Shown here: positions 28,747 through 42,375 of the stretch, one piece after another | How positions within the stretch are numbered: position 1 is the first letter of the stretch | How the letters are laid out: each line of letters starts with the position of its first letter | NCBI GenBank assembly: GCA_012295275.1 | Contig: CM022666.1 | Span: forward strand, 14,260,001 to 14,324,000 | From: Chrysomallon squamiferum | Lineage: Eukaryota; Animalia; Mollusca | Direction: 5' to 3' | Length of the DNA: 64,000 bases | The notes under the pieces: model-generated | The model's database searches: none | Seen by the model: the letters and a program-made list of their open reading frames with translations, nothing else | What the model was told of the DNA's origin: nothing | Translations under genes and position numbers: made by a program

Positions 28747-28824
28747 ATAACTGGAAAGAGAACAAATGAATTCAGAGGCAATTTTAAACAGTTAGGACCT
28801 ATCAGTGGGATTATTTATGGACGA

Positions 28825-28873
<49 letters not shown>

Positions 28874-29672
28874 TACTAACTAAATAAAATAAAATAATAA
28901 TTAAAAAGTAAAAAAGTAAATGTATATATATATAATAAAATGATATAATAAAAAAATATAAAATAATAATTTAACAAATAAATTATACAAAGAAGACATT
29001 TGTATAAATATTATCGTCTTTGATCACTTAGTTAAACGGCAGTAGCTGGAAACAATTTATAGATCAACAGAAAATACCAGGATGAATTCCCAACAGCACT
29101 CCAGTAAAAAAAACTTTCACTTACAAACTTCAGATTAGTAACAATAATAAACTGTTGTAATATTAGTAGCAGAAGTAATTAGGGTTTTAATTATATTTAT
29201 TTGTCTATCTATTCATATGTCTGTCTGTCTTTCTATTTATTGATTTATTTAATTTTATTATTTTATTCTCTTACAGTTATAAATAATTTATTTATTTTTA
29301 TTATTCGAACTACATCTAAAAGTATATAATTACACTAGATTGATTCCTGAGACCGACTCTCAGATAATGGTCTGAAAATATCTAGATTTTATGGCGCTTA
29401 TTTTCTCAACTTTGATCTATGTTTACGATCTATCGATCTTTAAAACCTGATTGCGTGAAAAGATGTTCGACATGGGCTGTGATCAATATATTTATCAGAT
29501 TCCGTCATGAAAATAAAGAAATAAAATCCAGTTTTACCTTCTACATCAATGGTGGCCAAGTTTTACACGTCATCAAAGCAATTCGTCATCATTAGTAACG
29601 CACCCCGGAAGACACTCGTTTATGATTTCGTGGCTTTTCGATATTATTCGAAATATCTAATCATCTGCAGTC

Positions 29673-29708
<36 letters not shown>

Positions 29709-29808
29709 TCACTGTCTATAAAAATACCATTAATAAAATAAAATAAATGAAGCAAATCTTTACGACTATTAATTTATTGGTTTTAGAAAAGATATTTCGG
29801 TGAAAATG

Positions 29809-29863
<55 letters not shown>

Positions 29864-32557
29864 AAGAAAAACAATGTAGAAAATATAATAGTTGAAAAGG
29901 AACCCTCCCCCCCCACAAAATAATAATAATAAAAATAAAAATAAAGAAGAAAGGGTGAAAATAAAAAGAATAATAAATAAATAAATAAATAAAATCTCTT
30001 TATAACGCCTATACTAGCTCTCAACTTATTTTCGTGTTACAGCTAATTAAACTAGCTGCGACAATTTCCGAGATTTATAATTATTACATGCACCAAGCCT
30101 TTACCGGCCCAAAATAGCCGACTGCTTGTTCATCTGTCTTAAAGAAGATAAGAGAATATGCCGAGTTATGTAAATCATTTTGTTTTTATCGATTGGTAAG
30201 ATGGCACGTTTTAACGAATTTAAGAAGAAAAACACGATTATTCTTGGACCATTTATCACCACTACATTCTTGTTATTCTAGAAGAATTGTATGATAGTTG
30301 TTACTGGTATTACATGATGGGATGTGGGTATTTCTTTACAGGCTTGCGTAGCATTGCTAGTTTTATTTTTGACGGGGATGTCCTAATGTTTCGAAAAGAT
30401 AAAATTAAAACGGGCTGTGGGTATTAATTTTATTTCTAAGACTGTGCAGCATTTTTTATTAATAAAGTTACTTAATTATTCACAATTTTTGACGAAGGAT
30501 GCTGTAATGTTTCAGAATAATAAAACTAAGAAGGAATTATATATATAGCTTGAATTACATAACAGTTCATGAACTACCATTAGCTCATTAGCTGTGACGA
30601 AACGAGCGTATGGCTCGTGACGTCACACATTCAGTGAACAGTGTGGGGGGTGATCAACGTACAAGTAATCAACTAATTGCAAAAACCAGATAATAACAAA
30701 AGTACCAATTAATTAAAAGCGTTTTCTGTAGAGCCGTTTTGATTTCCAGTAGAGTGTTTGAAAATAGCCACATAAATAAATAAAAGAAAAAAATAATAAA
30801 CAAAAATAAAGTAATAATAGGATAGATATAGATCTGTTTTAATTAGAGTTATCGCCCCCATCATTGTTGGATGGCGATAAAAATGAGTTAAACTTATGAA
30901 TATTTAAATATAAAAGTCCTTCAGCAGTGATCATATACAAATAAGACGACACTCCCTACAGATGCCATTACGAAGAAGTTTGATTTTGTTCATCACGTAC
31001 GTACGTAGAAATATCTTACAGAAACTATCATCATCATTATTATTGTTATTATTTAATTACTTGCGACTTCTTCTTGGAAGTCGCGTCTCGATAAACTGGA
31101 AAGTGTATCTTTCACACAATTGCGATTTGATAGGGGCTATTTAATAAATTATATATAGCGAACCAAGATATTGTAAGTGGTTTCGTATATCTGAATATTA
31201 ACAATTTATATTCTTAAAATAAATGTAAGTTGAAGTTATTTGTTGAAATAAAATTTAGATCATAAATATATAATGTATTTGGTTACAACACTATCATGAA
31301 AATAGCACTACAAGCCAAAATGAACTTGAAAAAGAAAATTTAATGAAAATAAATAAATATGGCCCAGTCTGTGGAGATTATTTGTAGACATTAGATAACA
31401 GTATTGAATAACAGCATTCACTGCGGAAGCAATTTTTCAGTTTTATATTATCACTTAAGAAAAAGACTGTTGAAGGAACATAATTCGATGCTAAATGTAA
31501 TTTAATTTTATAACCGATTCAAAACGATAATTGATTCCAAGCAGAATTAGTGAAGTTGAAATCTAATTATCTTCTTTTTCTCTTTTTTTTTTTCTTTTTT
31601 TTTTTTTCATCAAGTAACCCAGGAAATAACAGAGAAATATTTTGTTACATATTTTGTTAAAATATTAAAATTTTGTAAACCATATTTCATTTTTAAATTT
31701 AAATAAAAAACAGTTCAATAACAAACACTTCTTTCTTTATTTTCATTATTATTTTTTTTATTTTTTTTCTATTGTTTTCTGTATTCAGTAACATGCATAA
31801 AATTACCCATAACTATAGTATGTCAAATATCAGTTGTTGCTTTTTTCATTAAATAACTTTATGGGAAAGATTAATATAAACATTAATTTCTTTTTTCCTA
31901 TAATACAATTCCAGATAAAAGCATATTCAGGATAAAATAAGATGTTTCCTTTAATTTTCTTATTTCAATTTTTTTTTTTTTATTATTATATTATATATAT
32001 TTGTTTGTTAGTTTTTACTGAAACATGATATATTATACAGATATTTGTCTTCAAACTCACTGTTTGTATAACATTATACAAAACAACACAGAATTCAGTA
32101 TACTGAGAAAAACAAAACAAAACAAAAATCAATTCTTTTTCTTTTATTCTTTCTTTTTGTAATCTAAAATGTTCAAGTATGAATGGATATTATAATAATC
32201 CAAAACACAAAAACAAACAAAATAAACAAAAAGAATCCATTTTCTAATCATTTCTTTTATTACAATAACAAATCAATGAATAATATTTGGAAAAAATTTT
32301 TTCAGTTCATAATTATAAGCAAATATAACAAAAAAGAAATTCATAGAATGCAATAATTTTTAATAGTGTAATTGAGTACATAAGTTATTTTTATTTATTT
32401 TTAAAAATATCTCAAATAGTGATATCAGTTATATAGCTTTTAGAATAATCAAATCTGTAAAATACTCCAAAATAAGATATTATAAATATTGTCATGTATT
32501 TTTTAAATAAATAGTATTAAAAAGTAAATAAGCTTCATAATACTGATAAAACAACAG

Positions 32558-32608
<51 letters not shown>

Positions 32609-32632
32609 TTATTAATATTTTATCATCATTAT

Positions 32633-32669
<37 letters not shown>

Positions 32670-32889
32670 ATTTATAAAATTATTTCAAATATTCACAGCA
32701 GATAAACGGATATATGCTCACATGTAAATATACAGACAAAAAAGATTCTATTTCAATTTTTACTTTTCACAAGAAACATATATACGTATACATATATAAA
32801 TACATAAACAACTTCTATCTAATAAAATATATATAAGAGTAAGCAAAAGTTTCAGTTTTTGAAATTCAAATATTTACCACATTTCATGA

Positions 32890-32948
<59 letters not shown>

Positions 32949-33221
32949 TATAGACACATGTATGTATATACACATATACCAATCAAAACTATTTAAGAGT
33001 CAGATATTTTCAGCATTAGTAAATAAATGTCCATTATACAAGCTAGATCATAATCTCATTCTTGATATTATTTCGTATTAACAAAATTTAGTCTAAGTAA
33101 ACCAGAAATTAATTCAAGCCCACTATCACAAACACAGTCAACTAATTTTAACTGTCAAAATATGCTTCCATGTGTTGCATTACAAACATATACATACACA
33201 CACACACACACACACATATAT

Positions 33222-33255
<34 letters not shown>

Positions 33256-35425
33256 GCATGCAAACAATAACATAGAATATTAACCAGTTTCAATTAAACA
33301 CACAAACTAAAAGTCTACTGACTCATTCAGTCAATGAGTAATATCACAAAAAAAGTTAACAAAATGGATTCCTACTCAATCTACATAAAAAGTTGTATAC
33401 AAATTATGTAAAACAGGTACCATATTTTTAAAACATTTAATTAAATAAATTCATAATTGCACAGGACCCATTACTTATCTTTTACAATTAATAAAACTTT
33501 TTTATTTATTTCCAAACCAAATATCATCATGTAGTGTGGTGTTATTAAACAAAAGCACTCAGAAACCACTTTAATTATCAAAGGGATTTAATATCAAAGT
33601 ATATTAGTAATTATTATGATAGTTAAATAACAAAATTATGATTATATGTATGTATGATTATGTACTGATAATGATAAATAATATTCTACATACCATATGT
33701 ACCAAAAAAAAAAAAAAAACACCCACATTAACATCTCATAACCTAAAAAAAAATAGTAATAAAAATAAAATAAAATAGAACCTAAAAAAAACAAAAAACC
33801 CAACACATTCTGAAATTTTCCCTAAAAATGTACATGATTTACATGGATATTGTCTGTTATTGGCCCCCAAAAATAAAATTATTATCATAGCAGGTTTTAC
33901 ATAATGTCAAAATTAAGATTACATATTAAAAAACAAAACAAAAAGGAATCATTTCCAGAACTGCCTGCCATGTCACTGAATGTATTACAGTGACAGGTCA
34001 GTCAAGTGTCAACTTAATGGGATGTAACAGACTGAATTAGTGGTTGAGTTACATGAGCTGTATTTATAATTATTATTATTATTTTTTTATTTATTTATTT
34101 ATAATTCTTTTATTTTATTTTATTTTATTTTTTTTTTGCTCACCTGATATTATTAAAATATCATCATTCTACCTGCCTTATAAATTAAAATTATTTCAGC
34201 TTAATGTGATTTAATTCTAATTAATGAAAAATAATAAAGAAAAATATGAAAGCTGAGTTTGACAGTGCAAAATATAATAAACAAAAAACAAAATATAATA
34301 ATAAAAACAAACAAAAGACAAACATTAAAAATTAAATTAAATTAAATAGTAATAACAAATATAAAATATTTTTATTACCTTGAGAAGTCTCTAAATATGA
34401 GAGTATAAATAAATAAATCAATAAAGGCATCCCAATAGACAGAAACACACAATCATATTATTATTTATTTTAGATAAAAGATTACAAATATGTGTCTCTC
34501 AGCTATTTTGTTATAAAGACATCCAGAAGAAACAATAACCACACACACACGCACACACGCACATCCACATCTTCTGTTATAACAATTAAATTGGACACAA
34601 TACAATTTAAAAAACAACAAAGAAAAACAACAACAAAATACATTAATAATTATCTATAATTACCATTATCATAGATGAGAGTTCCATTTCACAGAACATA
34701 CTGACAACAATTTTTATCTTTATTTGAAAGTATGAGCCATGCTGGAACTCTAAGCACCAATGTGATAGCATGTATATGTTTGTATATATAAATATATCTA
34801 TATATATATTTATATATATATAGATAGATAGATATATAGATATGTAGATACCTAGATAAATATAAATGGAAAAAAGACAGACAGACAGACTGAAAGATAA
34901 CTAGATAGACAGATAAATAGATATACAGATAGATAGATAGATAGGACAGCTCTGGAAAATACAGCAAACTATCATATATTTATTACATAATACATTACGT
35001 CTAAAATACACAATATATTACAGAATATCTAAATTCTTCATTTTGTCGACTAATGACTTAAATGTTTCAAGTTACATTATTGAATATATTATGCTGTGTA
35101 AAACCCTGAATAAAAAACTTTTCTAAATATCACATTATTAATTTAAATTCATTTATCACAAAATAAATAATATTTTTATACAGTACAAGTTCATTACACT
35201 GTTATTTCTTAACTATAACTGATTATACAGTTAATTGTCAGTTACATAAGATTCGTTAGCAGAATATAATATCAAAAGGTCATTAATTTATAGGTCTCCT
35301 GTTTTCATCACAATGTATTTGTCTGTGTGTGTTTGTTATAGTTGATTCATAATTTTAACAGATTACTGTTTGTAGTCACAAATTCTTATACTGATAAATA
35401 AATGTTTCCTAAAATTCATTTTTCA

Positions 35426-35504
35426 TCACGTCAGTTTGCCAAAAGGAGTATCAAAGTCATCATCTTGCAGTGCTGATAGAAATTCTCTGAAAAAAATGAA
35501 AATA

Positions 35505-35535
<31 letters not shown>

Positions 35536-35939
35536 GTAATAATAACAATAAAAATAAGAATAATAACATTTTAATTTTAATCTCAACTTTTAACAAAGGC
35601 ATTTTTTTATTATTTGTCACTGAAATATGACCCATTCTTAAACAGGAACAAAAAAAATCCAACTACAGTTTATATTTCACTCTGTTTTTTCCAGAAAAAT
35701 ATTAAATTAAAAAATATTTTTTTTAAGTTATTATTATATATATTTTCATTTACTGTCACATCAATTAAATACTTACCCAAGTTCATGTTTTTCCTTTTTC
35801 TGCTCCTGTGTTGGTATGATTTGTGTTTTTTGAAGATAAGATGTTGTGTTGGCTAAAAATAAATATTTAAATTTAAAATTGAAAAGAAATACAAGATATT
35901 AAATATATTATATAAATACAATTAAACTCAAGATACAGA

Positions 35940-35987
<48 letters not shown>

Positions 35988-38900
35988 AGCCATAAACTTA
36001 AATTACAAAAAAAATCCCCAAAATGATAACTAAATAAACAAATAAAAATATAACAACAACAGTATCAATAATAACCACAACAACAACAACAACAACAGAT
36101 TATAATATCATTAACAATAACTATAACAACAATAACAACAACAATAAATAAATATAAATATAAAAATAAAATCATTATCTACATTATCCAGAACACATTT
36201 ATGAAGATTAGTGAAATAATCAAGAACCGTTACTCTGAAAGATGCTCCTGGGTTGTCTGAGAGCATTATCTTGTCTGGTCCAGTCTCTGCAGGTTTCGTC
36301 CAGCATGTGCGAGATCCTGTCCAGCTGGCGATCCAAGCGTGCTGTGGGTTTCTGTTTCTTTGATGTCACGGTTCGTGAATTTGATCCATCCACTGATAGT
36401 GGAACAACTGCTGGAATTGTTTCATCTTTATTCACCTACAATGAATCAGTTTAAAAATGTAATGATAGGTAAATAATTAATGTGTGATGTTTTTATAACC
36501 GGTATAGCTTAAAATCATTTTAACAGCAGTTTTTAAATATTTTATTTAAATCAGACAGAGGGATAAATAATGGCAATACAATTAAAGAAATTAACCAATA
36601 TATGATTTTTTTTTTTAACTTGAATGTCTAAAAATTGTTTTGATATGAAAAACATTTTTGTTTATATCAAAACTGATATAGCTTAGATAAATAAAAAGAC
36701 AACAAAAATAAAATAACATAAATGTACACCAACATAAAACAATTTCTCTCTCCTAAGCACTTTAATATTTTTAAATCAGAAAAATAAAAATAATAACTTA
36801 AAATAAAATAAAATAAAATAAAAATAAAAATGAAAGCCAAGTGATAAACAAAACAAAAAATGTATTAAAAAAAAATTGAGCTGTTTGGCTATAAATCAAA
36901 TATATGGCTATTAGAACAGTTAAAGATAAATAAAAAAGTTAAACAAAATAAAATATTATTACAGAAATGTGTAATATGCACACAAACAGAAACAAAGCAG
37001 TTATTGATATTTATTGTTCTTACTTGTTTTTTAACGTCTGTATTCTGAGTCTGAACAAAATCAAAATCTGTACTTCTCATATATTCCACTGCAGCCTTGT
37101 ATGTAACAAGAGAGTAACTGAAAAAACAAAACAACAAAAATCACAATAACCTCCTCATTATTCTGTACTGCTAAAATAAAAAATATACACCTGAAAAATC
37201 TTTAACCTCAAGATAGAAGCATAAACTTTAAGAACATTAAGCAATAACAACAGAACAGTTTTTGTTGTTTCTAGCTATATTTTTAAAAATTTGTTTTTAT
37301 TTTATTAATACTTTTTTTCTTATGTATATAAAACACACACACACACACACACACACAAATACTGATTACCCTTTAAGTAATCTTTTGAGAAAGATTATCA
37401 ATAATTTGACAGTTTATAAGAAAAATATTCAGAAAAACATGTGAATTAAATACAAGGTATAGAAAAAAAAAATCAGCCCCCATATATGTAATCATATCAG
37501 CATTCAAACATTTGTTTTTTTAACAGTAAAATTTAACTGTTAAACTGTCATATATGTACCTCAAACTGTCAATGTCATTCACAAGAGAAAACCAGCTGAA
37601 ATGTTCCATGTAAAACAGATCAGAACTCAAATGTGGACACTTCACTACAGCTATCACAGACACCTATAAATTAACAAATAAATAAATAAATAAATAAATA
37701 AATAAGAAAATAAGGAAATAAAGAAAGAAAACAAACAACAAATAAATGTGACACAGAGAGAGACAGAGAATGAGAGACAAACAAAGAGTGATAGGAATGA
37801 CAGAGAAACTGAGAAATTGAGAAAGAGACAGAGAGTGAGTGTGAGAGTGAAAGAGAAACAGAGAGAGATGAAAATACAAACCAAAATAGGAATGAGATCA
37901 TCAGAAGTTAAACACGGTGAATCTGAGAAAAGAAAAAAGAAGAAAAATTTAAATTACATTTGAAATTGAAAAAAAAAAAAAATAAAAAAAAATCGATTGA
38001 AAAAAATTTATTTTAAGTCCAGAAAAATGTCTTTTGATGTTGTATTTTTATCTGTATTAAAAGTTTAAAGTTTGACATACCAGGTTGTCCTGGTAACAGT
38101 GGAGGCAGATTTTTCTTAAAGAAAGAACTGACTTCTTCAATGAGGTTATCCTGAAACAAAATGGATTTTCATAAAATAAAGAAATTTGTAAAAATGTAAT
38201 AATAATACAAAGAATAATATAATATAAATAAATAATAATAGTTAAGTAACAGAAATAGAGAAGTAGAAAATAATTGTTTTAACTTAAATAAATAAATAAT
38301 AGCAATAATTAATGATGATAATGATAATGGCAATAATAATAATAATAATAATAATAAAATTGAAAAGTTGAAAACAATAACAACATAAACTGATTGATTC
38401 AACTAAAAACTCACTAAAGCTGTTTTCACACAGACTAACTTTTCGTATGGTGTGTGAAGACTGTTTATTTTAGACAACTCCGCAACCTGCAACAATAGAG
38501 AATAACATTCTAAACTTTCTAAAATATCCTGAAAGAATCAGAGAAAAATGTCTTTAAACATTAATAATTATGGTAAATGAATCTGGCAGGTATATATGCT
38601 TGGATTGTTTTCTTCTGAAATCATTTAGTGGATGTCATTATGATGATGATCATCATGAATATTATCAGTTCTAACATGCCAAATTAGCAATGAAATTTTC
38701 ACCACAGAAACTACAATGACATTAAAACGAAAAATAATAATAATAATAATAAGAAAGAAGAAGAAGAAGAAGAAGAAAACAATAAAGACAAACAAAAATA
38801 ATGATAACAACAAGAATATCAATTTTACACTATTCCTGATTTACATAATAAAATTAATTTATGAAAATGAAATAGAATAAAATAAAGCTCTTGTAAATAT

Positions 38901-39315
38901 AAACTATAAAAATAAATTATACATATTTGTTTAATATGCTGCATTAATTTGATTAAATAAATAAATAACAGCCCAAACTTACAGTGGCAGGCAAGTAACA
39001 AGAAAACTCCTTCCTAACTCCAAGTTGTTCTGGAAGAACTCCATCTAGAGTGAGACACTTGTAGAAAATAAACTTGTCTTCTTCTTGGAATCTTTCATTT
39101 ATCACAGGAAACACTTTGTCATAAACACTTCCCATAACATAGCTGTGAATAAATAAATAAAAACAAGCCATAATAAATAAACAGTTCAGAAGCTGTACAG
39201 TAGTAGTTCATAATTCGCGGTATATAAATATGTGATCAAGTCTGAATATAAAATCAAGCAAAATTATTAATATATCTGCCTGTTTGTCTCTCTCTCTATG
39301 TGATCTTCCATCTGA

Positions 39316-39397
<82 letters not shown>

Positions 39398-41897
39398 TCA
39401 AACACATGTACAAATAAAGACAAATAAAAGCATGAAAAATTACACACATAAACATCATTAATAGTAGGTTTTGAGAGTTTTAGAAATTTTCTGAAAATCA
39501 CACATACCTCTCTACAGCTCCTGATAAAATATCTCTAAACTTGGAGTCAGAATAATATTTCATTTTAGTGCATTTCAGACATTTCTGAAAAAAAGAAAAA
39601 AAAAGAAGAAAATATATTAAACGAAAACATTTTTAAATGGTCTTTTAAAATCTGAAGCAGCAAATAATTACAAAAGAAGTAACTTTGAACAATATATAAT
39701 AATATACAACAAAATATAACACTATATAACAAGCTATTAACAGAAGTAAATACAATTCCATCCCAAAAAGCTCAATTTCTGATCACTGCCAGAAAATATA
39801 GAAATTTATAGTCATCATATATTGAAGAATAAATAAATAATACATATGTATATATAACCTGTTTCTTCGTCTGTCCCATCATTTAATTTATTGTACATAA
39901 ATGTATAACTGTCTCTCCCTCTTTATCTATATCTATATATTGATTTATATATTTATACAATTAAATGATGGTTTAGATAAAAAAAACAGATTATGAAATT
40001 TACTGGCAGCATTTTACACACATAACTATTACTACAAAGTTAAATAAACACACAGTTTATCAAATATTAAGATATCAAACTGCAGAGAGAAACTGTCAAT
40101 TTGGTGTGTGTGTGTGTGTGTTTGATAAGAAAAAAAGACACTGATAGTGGTGATGGAAAGAAAGAAAAACAGGTAAATACATTCATTATAAAGTCTGTGC
40201 CATTTTAAATTTTTGTACATTCTGTTCTATGCATGAAAGAGACGATCTGCATAAAGGATACACAAATTTAAAAAAAAATTTAAGTACATAGATACTTAGT
40301 GTTGATGTTCTTAATTTTCAACACTACCAGTGTCACTGAAAATCAGCTACAAAATTTATTTCTAGAACTTCAGAATTTTATCATGATTTGTATGTTGAAA
40401 ATAACATATTAGAAGTTTATAAAACTTCATTCAGACACAGATCAGAAATTCTAAAAATTTAAAACTCTGTAAGAACTTTAACACAACCCTGAAGAGAGAG
40501 AAAAAAAGGACGCGAGAAATTCTATGTGTACAAGACACAAAAACGGAGAACAAACAAACAAATAAGATTTATTACTTCTGAGGCATTGTTTATTATCTTC
40601 TCCAACCTGTTGGCAGCATCATCAAGGTAGTCCTTCAGAACCATGTAGTTGTTGTTAAACAGTTTAATACTCTCGTCCAGCTCTCGTAACACCTGTAACA
40701 TAAACAACATGCCTCATCCGGTTATCACATCTGTAGTAACTGCAGAAACCTATCTTTTTATATAGTACTCTATTTCACTTTGAAATTTTTAATATTAATG
40801 TTTAATATATATATATGTATACAGTGGGTTTTAAAATTTCATCTGAAAATATTTTGATATTAATGATGGTTCCTGTCTGATATTAATGATATTTGTGATA
40901 TGACAAAGAAAATCTTACCTTCACTTTTACTAATTAACAGGAAAAGCTTATTGATGTACTGTGTAAAATGTAACACTTTTTAGATTGGACATTCATAATT
41001 ATATTTACATGTTTCCAAAGTATTTTATATTATCTGGAAAGAAAATAATTTACTGTTAGAAGTTTTATTCTTACTTCTAAATATTCAGGAAATGAATGGA
41101 GAAATTGCTTGCATCTGAAAATAAATAAACAATGTTTTAACATAATATATATACACACAGAGAGACAAAACTGACAGACAAAGACAGATAGACAAATAGA
41201 TACATAAGAGGTCTTTACTTGTTATTATTTTCAAATGTGATCCTGTATTTATATACTTATTTGATTTACTTAACAAAAGATGATGTAAAACTAATTAAAA
41301 TCATAAATGTTTTCACTGATCTAAGATAATCAAATTTGATTGCTGCTAGTACTAAATACATTCTATAAATGTTAATAGATTATAGAAAATAAAAATTAAA
41401 TAAATTAATTTTAAAATTTGTAAGAATACCATGGTTAGGTCAATGACTATATCATAATAATCATGATTAAATAAAATAAAAAAACATATTTCATAAAAAT
41501 ATTATAAAATATAAATCCTCTAATCACTTACTCAAGAAAAGAAATTTTGGGAGAGTTTGAAATGCTGGGATGATCTTCATGATCTGACCGTTTGGACTGC
41601 ATAATAAAAATAAAAACAGTTCCAGATAATAATAATGTGAAATAATATTTATTATTTGCATATTTATGCTATTCCAAAATTAATTAATTATATTTTTCTT
41701 CTCTTAAATATGTAAAATGAAATGTATAAAACATTATTATTATTTCTTTTATTTTTATCACTATGATTTTTTTTTAAATTTTATAATATAAAATTAAAAA
41801 TGCTGAAATCAAAAATATTAATTTTTACCTGAAATCTTGTATCAAGTGGTCCATTTGTAATAAGTATTTTATATGGTTTGTAATCCTGCAGGGAAAA

Positions 41898-41942
<45 letters not shown>

Positions 41943-42340
41943 AATAAATAAATAAACAAAATATATTCCATATCTTTTAATTCTTTTACAAGTAACTGCT
42001 ACAGGCCAAGTTTGTTAGTCTTTCATTTAGCTATATATGTGTGCTCTGTTTTCTTTGTTGTTTTTTTGGATTAAATATAGTAAATATACATCTGACTAAA
42101 TATGGAATTATTAATAGGTCATGTAGGTGTTTTGTTTTATGTTTTATTATTTTTAATTTTGTTTTGTCACATTTAATATGCAGCAACAGACAGGCAAAAA
42201 GCATCAATAATAAATAAAATATTAACAAATTATTATTTCATAAATACCTTGTTGTAGGCTAGTTCTTCACTGAGAATTTTCACTTTAACTTGTTGTGAAA
42301 AACCTTTAAAAAAATATATTTAAAAACAAAAATTAAAAAA

Positions 42341-42375
<35 letters not shown>

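Noticed and set aside
30610-30630. CRE palindrome TGACGTCA (also ~6590)
   Set aside because: Isolated 8-mers can occur by chance in 64 kb, and no TSS evidence is linked to them
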